Shown: piece by piece, positions 47,301-56,046 of the stretch
Layout of the letters: each line of letters begins with the position of its first letter
Numbering within the stretch: the stretch's first letter is position 1
Assembly: GCA_963706955.1 (NCBI GenBank)
Contig: CAVPOC010000008.1
Coordinates: forward strand, 704,001-768,000
DNA from: an uncultured Verrucomicrobiae bacterium
GTDB lineage: Bacteria > Verrucomicrobiota > Verrucomicrobiia > Chthoniobacterales > Terrimicrobiaceae
DNA: 64,000 bases
Direction: 5' to 3'
Program-made: the position numbers and the translations under genes
The notes under the pieces: model-generated
Seen by the model: the letters and a program-made list of their open reading frames with translations, nothing else
Told to the model about the DNA's origin: nothing
Databases searched by the model: none

Positions 47301-48300
47301 CAAAAAATCCGATGAGGCTCTCAAGCTCACTGCGTTCACGGTTAGCGATCGGCGATCCGACGATCACATCAGTCTCACCAGAATAACGCGACAACAGGAC
47401 CTTGAACGCCGCTAACAATACCATGAACAGAGTTGCCCCTTCCCTGCGGGCCAGCTGCTGCAAAGACTCTGTCAGTTCCGGTGGGAGGTGAGTGAACACG
47501 CGTGCACCCCGGAAAGTCGGCTCCGCGGGGCGTCGCTTATCCAGCGGGATCAGTTGAGCGGCGCCGACCCCCTCCAAACGCTTTCTCCAGACCTCCACCT
47601 GGCGCCGCAGCGTTGCACCGGCAAGCTCCTGCCGCTGCCAGGCAGCATAGTCGCCATATTGGATCGGAAGCGGGGGCGACGGAGAAGTGTCACCGCGCAA
47701 AAATCGCTCGTAGCCCGAGAACAATTCTCGGACCAGCACGCCAATCGACCAGCCGTCGCAGATGATGTGATGCAGGACCATCACAAAGATGTGCTCGCGC
47801 TCGGAGCAACGAAGAAGCTTGGCACGCCACAACGGCCCCTTGGTAAGATTCAGAGGATGGCGTGCCTCGCGGACTGCTTCGGAGCGCGCCGTTTTCAGGC
47901 GCTGGGATTCAGGGAGTCGTTCCAAACTGATCGTCGACAATTTCGTTGGTCGGAATGGGGCTTCATATTGAACCGGATCGCCATTGCGCTGTTCAAACCT
48001 GGCGCGGAGTAACTCATGCCGGCGAAGAATCTCATTTAAGCTCCTTTCCAAGGCGTTGGTATCCAGTCGACCAAGAAAGCGAACTGCAATCGGTGCGTTG
48101 TAGGCCACATTCTCGGGATAAAGTTGATCCAGAAACCAAACGCCTCGCTGCGTGTAGGATAGTGGAGCGGGAACACTTCGATCTCGAGAAGGGATTCGCC
48201 CGCGGCCAGTAGTCGGACGCCCGAAAGCCGACAGGCGAGCAGCCAGCAATGCCCTCTTTTCAGGCGAAAGCGAGGTAATCCTAGCAGCGATGTCACTCAT
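44104..48300 (-). CDS. NRPS 4: C-A(Asp-like)-[FkbM-type O-methyltransferase]-T
   Basis: HHIICDG; manual code DLTKIGHVGK; MT insert FDVGANIGLF, FEPNP, IDLLKINVEKSE inside the A subdomain; LGGHSLL; DHEELVL tail. Confidence 0.9.
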   Translation of the reverse strand: MSDIAARITSLSPEKRALLAARLSAFGRPTTGRGRIPSRDRSVPAPLSYTQRGVWFLDQLYPENVAYNAPIAVRFLGRLDTNALERSLNEILRRHELLRARFEQRNGDPVQYEAPFRPTKLSTISLERLPESQRLKTARSEAVREARHPLNLTKGPLWRAKLLRCSEREHIFVMVLHHIICDGWSIGVLVRELFSGYERFLRGDTSPSPPLPIQYGDYAAWQRQELAGATLRRQVEVWRKRLEGVGAAQLIPLDKRRPAEPTFRGARVFTHLPPELTESLQQLARREGATLFMVLLAAFKVLLSRYSGETDVIVGSPIANRERSELESLIGFFANTMALRTDLSGDPSFVQLLVKVREVTLSAYDSQEVPFEKLVEELRPERQLNRNPFFDLSFSFQNLPLLDVDAPDLDVELLRIDNGTSKFDLSVVVVEAGDRLITTVEYSTDLFDASTPVRLLESYKVLLEAIAEEPRRKISQLPLITPSERNRIVVEWNDTDRDFPRDQCIQELFEAQVEQTPEAVSVVFEDQQLSYQELNRRANQLAHYLQRLGVGPEVLVGVMVERSLEMIVAMLGILKAGGAYVPLDPSYPAARLAFMLEDAKVSLLIAQERTVSKVIETPASVIVVDRDWHAIARESAGNPHRATKPMNLVYVVYTSGSTGQPKGVAVEHRQVTNYLHGILELLKLPRNASFATVSTIAADLGNTVVFTSLCGGGALHVISEERSGDADALDDYFSQHAIDCLKIVPSHLAALQNGTRSAQVLPRKLLILGGEASRLDWIESLRSLNPGCVVMNHYGPTEATVGVLTYRVEASAVFTELKNLPLGRPVFNTKIYLLDKHLKPVPVGVAGELHIGGLCLARGYLNHPELTAERFIPNPFSQEAGARLYKSGDLARYLPDGNIEFLGRVDDQVKVRGFRVEPREIEAALEQHPGIMQVAALAARDQFGENRLVAYVVPKEPGRMIDAKRRYVLPNGMAVSHLNRHETDYLYDEIFKRQAYLRHGITLKDGDCVFDVGANIGLFTLFANQICRQPKIYAFEPNPSACEILTANASLYAPNAKIFPCGLSNKSKTATLTFFPGFSLFSGFYADPLAEKELVKTYMANQQKAGAAEMADLIADSDDLLDLRLSSRTFEAPLRALSEIIQEEGLESIDLLKINVEKSELDVLSGIEEADWAKIKQIVLETDTKDNLQAITILLKGHGYDLSIDQDVLLENTQLYYVYAIRPSSERRILRESRETAHIPSLPDLGASSLSTANLRTFLQRRLPDYMVPSAFVLLETLPLNANGKLDRSALPAPEHAADCYRPPRTPEEGILCEIFADLLGLERVGIADTFFELGGHSLLAMRVISRLRSASGLDIPLRVFFENATVAALAEYIDGARCSGAKTPLAPLAVDHEELVL

Positions 48301-48307
48301 TCGAGGA

Positions 48308-51300
48308 TCAAAGGCGAGCCGGCACCGCTGGCTTGGGACGGCCGGCGGCCCTAAGTAGATCGGCCAGGCCCGCGAGGTGCTTCAAACCATCCATGGTCGT
48401 GTCGTAATCGATACCGAAATCGATCAGACAGGCAATTTCATCAACGCCGATCGCGGCAAACTTCTCAACCGTGCTCAGGCAGGATTCGGCAGTTCCAAAA
48501 AGCGAACCGTGTTCGTAGAAGCGATCAAAGGCGAGCGATAAAAGAGTCTCTTCTTCGGAAGACGAAAGTGGTCGACCTGTCGACGACAGAAAATCGAGAT
48601 GGGACTTGAGATACTCTCGAAATGGTCCACTCACAATTCGTCGCACTTCATCGGCGTTCGAACCGACAAACGCATGCAGCATTAGAGTGACCTTTCCAGC
48701 GGCTGGATCGTGGCCATGCTCGGACCGCGCCTGCCGGTAAGCGGCAATTTTTTCCGCCATTTCCTCCGCGTTGATTCGAAGGACCGCGGTCAACACATTG
48801 GCTCCGATGCGGCCAGCCTGGATGAACGTCTCGGTTGACCGCGTCGCAGTCAACCATACCGGCAGTTCCGGCTGGATCGGCCTTGGAAAAAGCACTCGCT
48901 CGGCCTGCTCACCGGTCCCGGTTTTTCCTCGGACCGGCTCCCCACGCCAGTAGCGCCGCACCGCCTCGACAACTTCGATCGTTAAGTTCGATCGTTCGCT
49001 GAACTTCTCGGGAGAGAGCATGAAATCAACGGGATGAAAGCCTGTAGCGAAAGCGATAGCAACCCGACCACGAGAAAGGTTGTCAACCAACGCCCATTCC
49101 TCAGCGATCCGAACCGGACTCTGCAGCGGCGCAATCACGCTGCCGGCGCGTATCCTAATTGTTTTCGTGATGGCCGCAAGGGCTGCCCCTAACACTGCAG
49201 GATTCGGGTAAAGCCCACCGAAACGATGAAAGTGGCGCTCAGGCGTCCAGACCGCAGAGAAGCCTCGATTGTCTGCGAACCGTGTCGCGTCAATCACGAG
49301 CTGATATTTGTCATTGGGAAACGCTGACTCATCACCGGAAAAGAAGAAGAGACTCAACTCTACCGAGGACGGCTCGGCACTGGATTCTGTCGGTGCCAGG
49401 GGGTCATTTGCGCGATTCGGCTCGCGATTCGGCTCCTTTGCGAGCAGCGCCGCGGCTTCATCAACCCGAAGAGCCTCGATCTCGGAGAGCAAATCTTCGA
49501 GACCAGGCACTTCGCTGGCTTGGGCTTGAGCAAGCGCGATCGACTCCGCCATGGCCAGGACGGTGGGAGTTCTCAAAAACTCGCCGACGGGGACGTCTAT
49601 CTCGAACCGATCTCTCACACGTGAAATTAGTTGGACGGCCATGAGCGAATTCCCGCCCAACTCGAGAAAGCTCTCACGGATGTCAAAGTCTCCAGTGCCC
49701 AACACTTGCTGCCATAGATCGGCCACTTGCCTTTCAAGCGGGTTACGGGGAGCAAGGATTTGTCGAACGTGACTTCCTCGCGGTTCCGCCGGCAATTTCT
49801 CTCCGTCGGAAGGCGCACTGGTCCAATCCTTCAAAACGAGCTTTTTCGACGTGCCGGTCGTTTCCTCCTTTTTGCGTTCGATCCAATAGCGCTGCCGCTC
49901 GAAGGGATATCCGGGCAACGCCACCCGCGCAGGCGGCTCCCCTCTATAAACATTTGCCCAGTTGACCGGCTGCCCCGCCAGCCAAAGCCTGCCCAAAGTC
50001 CAGAGTGCAAAGCCGTCTTCCGAAATCGTCTGGTTCGAACTTTGGCACGAGGAGAGAACGACGTGCTTCTTCGAAACCGCCGGATGGGACCTTGCCAGCT
50101 TCGAGAGGAGTTGGCCTGGCCCGACCTCAAGGAAGATTCTTCCTTCCGTCCGGGCCAATGCCTCGAGGGCAGGCGAGAAACGAATCGTTTCGCGCGCTTC
50201 GCGGGCCCAATAGACCGGATCCGTGAGGTCCTCTGCGGTTGCGCGTGTCCCCGAAAGAGTTGAGAAGAAGTTGGTCTCAGGCGCCCGGAAACTTATACTG
50301 GCCGCCACTCGCCGGTAGGGCTCGACGATCGGTTCCATCATCCGCGAATGGTAGCCATGCGGGACAACAATCGTTTTGTAAGCGACGCGTTGCTTGTCGA
50401 GTCTTCGCTTGAAATCCTCCATGGCCTCGTGGGGACCAGCAACGGTTGTGTGATTTGGACCGTTGATGGCGCCGATGTCCAGCGCTTCTCCCAGTAGAGG
50501 CGTGACGCCTTCTTCGCTGAGGGCCACCGCCAGCATCGCCCCGGGAGGCAATTGCTGCATCATGCGGGACCGCTCCCCCGTGATGCGGACCGCGTCTGGC
50601 AAGGAGATCACCCCGGCGACCGTGCCGGCAACAATCTCTCCAATGCTATAACCGAGGACGGATTCTGGCTCAACTCCCCAGCTTTTCCACAGCATCGCCA
50701 GAGCGTAGGAAGTCATGAAGAGAGCGGACTGGATATAAAACGCGCGTTGAAGGCAGACGCGGGCATTTTCTTGCCCCTGGGCGGTCGGGAAGATGATTTC
50801 ACGAAGATCGACATCGAAGCCCGCCTTAAACAATTCGCTGCACTCGTCGATGCTCCGACGCACGACAGGTTCGGTCTCATAGAGTCCGCGCGTCATATTC
50901 ACCTCGTGTGAACCGTGCCCGGGAAATAGGAATGTCACCGGGGGAGGCGGCCCTTCGAGGAGGCCGCTCGCGACACGCGACGAGTCATCGGATTCAATCG
51001 CCGCAACGGCCTCGGCAGTCGACCGACAAAGAACTATGCGACGCCAGGCAAATTCCGCACGCCCGGCCTGCAGAGTGAAAGCGACGCTCGCAAGATCGAT
51101 ACCGGGATTCTCTTGCAGGAATCGCGACAGATTTTGCGTCGAAGTCGCCAACGCGCTCTCCGACTTCGCGGAGATCACCAGGAGGTGCCAAGTGCGCAAA
51201 AGGTCTTCCTTTCTTGTCGATGGAGCCTCTTCGACGATCACGTGTGCGTTTGTTCCGCCGAACCCGAGCGAAGTAACCCCAGCGCGGCGAGGCCGGCTGC

Positions 51301-52541
51301 CCCGTCTCCATCGCCTCAATTCGGCATTGACAAAGAACGGACCGTCGCCAAGGCCGCACGCGGGATTTGGCTCCAGAAAGTTGACGGTGGGGGGAAGTGC
51401 TTCATGCTCCAGCGCGAGGACCGTTTTGATAAGTCCGGCTACTCCCGAGGCCGCGTCCGCGTGCCCGATGTTGCCTTTGACCGAGCCAATCGCGCACCGT
51501 TCATCGAGATCTCGCCCGGCCCCTAGAGCCAATCTGATCGCCTCGATTTCAACCGGGTCGCCTTTTTGCGTGCCCGTTCCGTGCGCCTCGATGTAGTCGA
51601 TCTCATTTGCCTCCAGACCCGCCACGGCTAGCGCCTTGCTGATGGCGGCTGCCTGCCTCGGAGCGCTGGGGGCCGTGAACCCTGATTTTGATGCGCCGTC
51701 GTTATTTACTGCCGAACCTCTGATAACTGCACGGATCGGATCGCCGTCGGCCAGAGCATTCCGTAGCGGCTTGAGAACGACCACTCCGATGCCCGAACCA
51801 AAAACCGTCCCTCGACGCGCGCGCATCGAAAGGACGCGTGTGTCCGTCCGGAGAATAGATTCCGCTTTCCTTATGAATGTAACCGGCCTTCTGCGGAACT
51901 CGGACGGAAACACCGCCCGCCACGGCCATGTCGCATTCCCGGTTTAGAAGACTCTGACACGCCACGTGCACGGCCACCAGTGACGTAGAACATGCCGTCT
52001 GGACGGTGATGGCTGGTCCCCGCAGATCTAATTTGAAGGCGACACGCGTCGCCAGGTAGTCGTTATCGCTGCCGATCACGATTTGATAGTCGTCCAGAGC
52101 CTCCTGGAGCATTTCGTCCCGGCTAACGTTTCGCACGAAGTAGGAGTTCCTGGCCGCCCCCGCGAAAACGCCTATTTCACCCTGAAACCTATACGGGTCG
52201 CATCCCGCATTCTCCAAGGCATGCCAGGCGCATTCCAAAAAGAGTCGGTGCTGCGGGTCGGTAATCTGAGCGTCGCGGGCGGACATATCGAAGAACGAGG
52301 CATCAAAGAGATCAACGCCCTCGAGCACTGCCGCGGCTCTCACATAGCGTGCGTCGAGACCTCGTCGGGAAGCCACGCCCGCGGCGTCAAGCTCTGCATC
52401 GGATAGAACCGAAATCGCTTCGAGCCCATCGCGTAGGTTCCTCCAAAAATCTTCAAGGCATCCTGCCCCGGGGAAGCGACCTGACATTCCCAGGATCGCA
52501 ATACCCGAACTCTCCGATGCTAAGCTCCCAATCACCGCCAT
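48308..52541 (-). CDS. PKS: KS-AT-ACP-luciferase-like monooxygenase (frameshift near 51815)
   Basis: KS VQTACSTS, EAHGTGT, NIGH; AT FPGHGS, GYSIGE; ACP LGGNSL; LLM LSLFFFS, WTPERHFHRFGGLYPNP, RIAEEWALVDNLS, GVDEIACLIDFG; no KR/DH. Confidence 0.92.
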
Positions 52542-52620
52542 GGCCGCGACAAAACGTGCACTTCCACGCAGAATGTTTCTTCGTCAGGATCGGGCATAGA
52601 TGGTGTGAAATGAAAGATTC

Positions 52621-55600
52621 TCAAAGTAAGGCTTCTTCTCGAAAAACGTCCTTGGGCGGCTCGGAACGATTGCTCTCCTCCTCTCGAGACCTCGCAATAA
52701 AGCGACCCATCTCGGCAAGAGTCGGATGGTCGAAGACGGCGCGCAGAGGGATCTCGACTCCAAAACGACTCCGCAATTGGGAAACAACTCTGGTGGCCAA
52801 AAGGGAGTGCCCGCCCAGTTCAAAAAAACTTTCATGCGGCGCGATCGCCTCCACCTCGAGCACCTCCGACCACACCGAGGCGGTCATCTCTTCGAACGGA
52901 CTCAGCGCTGCTGAATCGTGTTGGATCTGCCTTTCGGGCTTAGGGAGTGCCAGACGATCTATCTTACCGCTCGGCGTCGTGGGCAGCTCCTCCACTCGGA
53001 CTATCCGTGAAGGAATCATGTAGAAGGGCAGCTTCTCCTCCAGGTAAGTCCTCCAACTGCTAAGGATGTTATCATCCCGGGTAACCACGTAGCCGACCAG
53101 CTGCCGCTGGCCAGTTTTCTCCTCTCGAGCGACAACAACCGCATTTTCCACTTCCGGGTGAGCCTTCAAGACAGCCTCGATCTCGCCCGGTTCAATCCGA
53201 AAACCGCGAATCTTGGTCTGTGAGTCCGCTCGCCCGATGAACTCGATGTTGCCATCAGGAAGGTATTTAACAATGTCTCCGGTGCGATAAAGCCGCTCGG
53301 CCTGGTCCCCACCAAAACGCTCGGAAACGAAGCGCTCACGCGTCAGTTCAGGCTGGTTGAGATAGCCCTCGGCCACGCCAGCTCCCCCAAGATAAAGCTC
53401 GCCTGGAACTCCCGCGGGCAAAGGATTTCCATACTTGTCGAGAACGTAGGCCGTCGTGTTGGAGATCGGCCGTCCGATCGGAACGGTCGTCGCATTCTCT
53501 TCTACATGGGTCACCGGATAGAACGTGGCAAACGTCGTGCACTCGGTCGGACCGTAAACGTGCAGCAACCGACGCGGAGGACCGCCACTTTCCAAAACTT
53601 GGCGAACCGACCTGGGGTTAACGGCCTCACCGCCAAAGAGCACCTGCTTGACGCCCTGGAAAATTCCGGCGTTTTCAGCGACCATTTCGTTGAACAAGGC
53701 GGTCGTCAAAAACACTGTGGTCACTTTCCCACGCTTGAGCTCAGCGCCTAAACGATGGGGGTCGAGGGCCACGCTTTTCGGAATCAGCACGATACACCCA
53801 CCCGTGAGCAAGGCGCCCCAAATCTCGAACGTTGCGGCATCAAAGCAAACATGAGAAAGATGTGCGATGCGATCTTGCGGGCCCAACTCCACGTAATTGG
53901 TGTTGAGCACAAGGCGCATGATGGCGCGATGCGACACGACGACCCCCTTCGGCGTCCCCGTCGATCCCGAGGTGAAAATCACGTAAGCGGGATCCCGCGA
54001 TGTCACTTCAGGTCGGGCGTTCTCTGTGGACGAGGTTCTTGCCTTGTCGCCCCCAATCAGCGACCATTCCCCGTCTAAATAGATCACCTTCGCGTTGAAC
54101 GCGGGAAGAGAGGTCGCCGCCTCCGGGATGGTCAGAATGACCGGTGTGGCAACGTCATTCAGAATGAAGGCCTGACGCTCGGCCGGATAAGCCGGATCCA
54201 GTGGGACGTAAGCGCCACCGGCTTTCAGGATTCCCAGCATCCCAATAATCATCTCGATGGATCGATCCATGCACAATGCGACACGTGATCCTGCAACGAT
54301 CCCCTGACTCCGGAGATAATCCGCGAGTCTATCGGAGCGTTCGTTCAATTCCCGGTAATTCAGGGATGCGCCTTCGCCCGCGACTGCAAGCGCTTCCGGC
54401 CGAAGGCGGGCGAGCCATTCGAATTCCTCATGGACGCATCGATCGGCGGGGTACGGCGCGGCGGTCCGATTCCAATTAACGACGATTTGCTCAGTTTCGT
54501 CTTTCGTGAGCAAGGACAACTGGCCGATGCGGATGTCGGGATGGTTCACTATCCCCTCGAGCAGTATCTCGAAATGTCGGGCCATGCGCTCGATGGTCGT
54601 CGCTTGAAAAAGATCCGTGCTGTATTCAAGCAAACCGGACAGCTGCTCCTCTTGATTTCGAAATTCCAGGAGAAGGTCAAAGCGCGTCATGCCAAAGTCG
54701 ATGGGCAACCGCTGAACCTCTAGACCGTCGAGCTTTAAGCCCTGGTCGTCCCCACGCTGGTGGAGGACGAAAGACACCTGAAACAGCGGATTCCGCAAGT
54801 GGAGACGTTCGGGACGCAATTGCTCGACCAGCACCTCGAACGGCATGTCCTGGTGGTCCCATGCTTCGATCACATTCCCATGCACGAGGCGCAGGAGTTG
54901 GCGAAAGGTTGGATTGTCGTTGCATTGTGTTCGCAGCACCAGTGTGTTGGCAAAGCAGCCGACGACAGTCTGAGTCTCGGCCATGCAGCGGTCGGACACG
55001 GCCGTCCCCACAGTGATGTCGTTCTGCCCGGAGTATCGGTGCAACAAAGTCTTAAATGCTGCCAGAAGGGTCGTGAACAGCGTGACACCCTCCCGCCGGC
55101 TCAACAGCTTGAGAGCTTGCGACAGGTCGGACGGAAGATTGAAGCGATGCGTCGCACCTCGACCGGAAGGCGAACCGCTCACGGGTCGATCCGTGGGCAG
55201 ATTCAGCTCCGCGGCACCGGCAAGCTTTCCTTTCCAATAGCCCAGCAACTCCTCGAGCATCTGGCCATTAAGACGTTCCCGCTGCCACTTCGCGTAATCG
55301 CAATACCGGCTCGTAAGCGTTTCGAGGGAGGGACGTCGACCGTTGGAATTCGCATCATAAAGAGCCGAAAGATCCCGCAGCATGACGTTGACCGACCACC
55401 CATCGACCACAAAGTGATGCGTGGTGAGCAGAAGCGCGTAGCGATCCTCCGCAAGCTGGAAGAGCGTCGCGTGCAAAAGAGGCGAGCGATCCAATGCAAA
55501 GGGTCGCCTTGCTTCGAGGGCGATCAAGCTTTGCAACTCGCGCTCTCGCTTGGGCTCTGGAATAGTCCGCAGATCGACGATTTCCAGAGGCATGCTGGTC

Positions 55601-56046
55601 CCCTCGGCGGGCACAATGATTTGGATGGGCTGAACATCGTTGACTGCGCACGTGGTCCGAAACGCTTCGTGACGTTTGATCAGTTCGCCTAGACCGCGTT
55701 CCAGTGCCGGAACGTCTAATGGGCCATTGAGGGAAAAACCCAACGCAACGTTCAGAGCGCAACTGCCCGGCTCGAGTTGTTGGAGGAACCACATCCGCTG
55801 CTGCGCAAACGAAAGCGGATAAACTTCCGGCGAGTCCGATGGCGGCGGCCTCCAGGCTTGAAACCATGGTCTGGCAACCGAGCGGTTCTGAAGGAGTTGA
55901 ATAATCTCTTGCTTGCGAGCGGCCAGGGCTTCGATTATCCCCACCGAAAGCGATCCTTTCGGAGCGCGATATCGCAACTCGTCTCCCTCCCGCCAAAGTT
56001 GAACGCCCTCCTCTTGGAGAGAGCGAAGAAGCTCCGATGCGTTCAT
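52621..56046 (-). CDS. NRPS 2: TubC-type docking domain-C-A(Ile-like)-T
   Basis: LLRSLQEEGVQLWREGDELRYRAPKG; HHFVVDG; manual code DAFFLGVTFK; LGGHSLL; ATG overlaps the upstream TGA. Confidence 0.92.
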   Translation of the reverse strand: MNASELLRSLQEEGVQLWREGDELRYRAPKGSLSVGIIEALAARKQEIIQLLQNRSVARPWFQAWRPPPSDSPEVYPLSFAQQRMWFLQQLEPGSCALNVALGFSLNGPLDVPALERGLGELIKRHEAFRTTCAVNDVQPIQIIVPAEGTSMPLEIVDLRTIPEPKRERELQSLIALEARRPFALDRSPLLHATLFQLAEDRYALLLTTHHFVVDGWSVNVMLRDLSALYDANSNGRRPSLETLTSRYCDYAKWQRERLNGQMLEELLGYWKGKLAGAAELNLPTDRPVSGSPSGRGATHRFNLPSDLSQALKLLSRREGVTLFTTLLAAFKTLLHRYSGQNDITVGTAVSDRCMAETQTVVGCFANTLVLRTQCNDNPTFRQLLRLVHGNVIEAWDHQDMPFEVLVEQLRPERLHLRNPLFQVSFVLHQRGDDQGLKLDGLEVQRLPIDFGMTRFDLLLEFRNQEEQLSGLLEYSTDLFQATTIERMARHFEILLEGIVNHPDIRIGQLSLLTKDETEQIVVNWNRTAAPYPADRCVHEEFEWLARLRPEALAVAGEGASLNYRELNERSDRLADYLRSQGIVAGSRVALCMDRSIEMIIGMLGILKAGGAYVPLDPAYPAERQAFILNDVATPVILTIPEAATSLPAFNAKVIYLDGEWSLIGGDKARTSSTENARPEVTSRDPAYVIFTSGSTGTPKGVVVSHRAIMRLVLNTNYVELGPQDRIAHLSHVCFDAATFEIWGALLTGGCIVLIPKSVALDPHRLGAELKRGKVTTVFLTTALFNEMVAENAGIFQGVKQVLFGGEAVNPRSVRQVLESGGPPRRLLHVYGPTECTTFATFYPVTHVEENATTVPIGRPISNTTAYVLDKYGNPLPAGVPGELYLGGAGVAEGYLNQPELTRERFVSERFGGDQAERLYRTGDIVKYLPDGNIEFIGRADSQTKIRGFRIEPGEIEAVLKAHPEVENAVVVAREEKTGQRQLVGYVVTRDDNILSSWRTYLEEKLPFYMIPSRIVRVEELPTTPSGKIDRLALPKPERQIQHDSAALSPFEEMTASVWSEVLEVEAIAPHESFFELGGHSLLATRVVSQLRSRFGVEIPLRAVFDHPTLAEMGRFIARSREEESNRSEPPKDVFREEALL

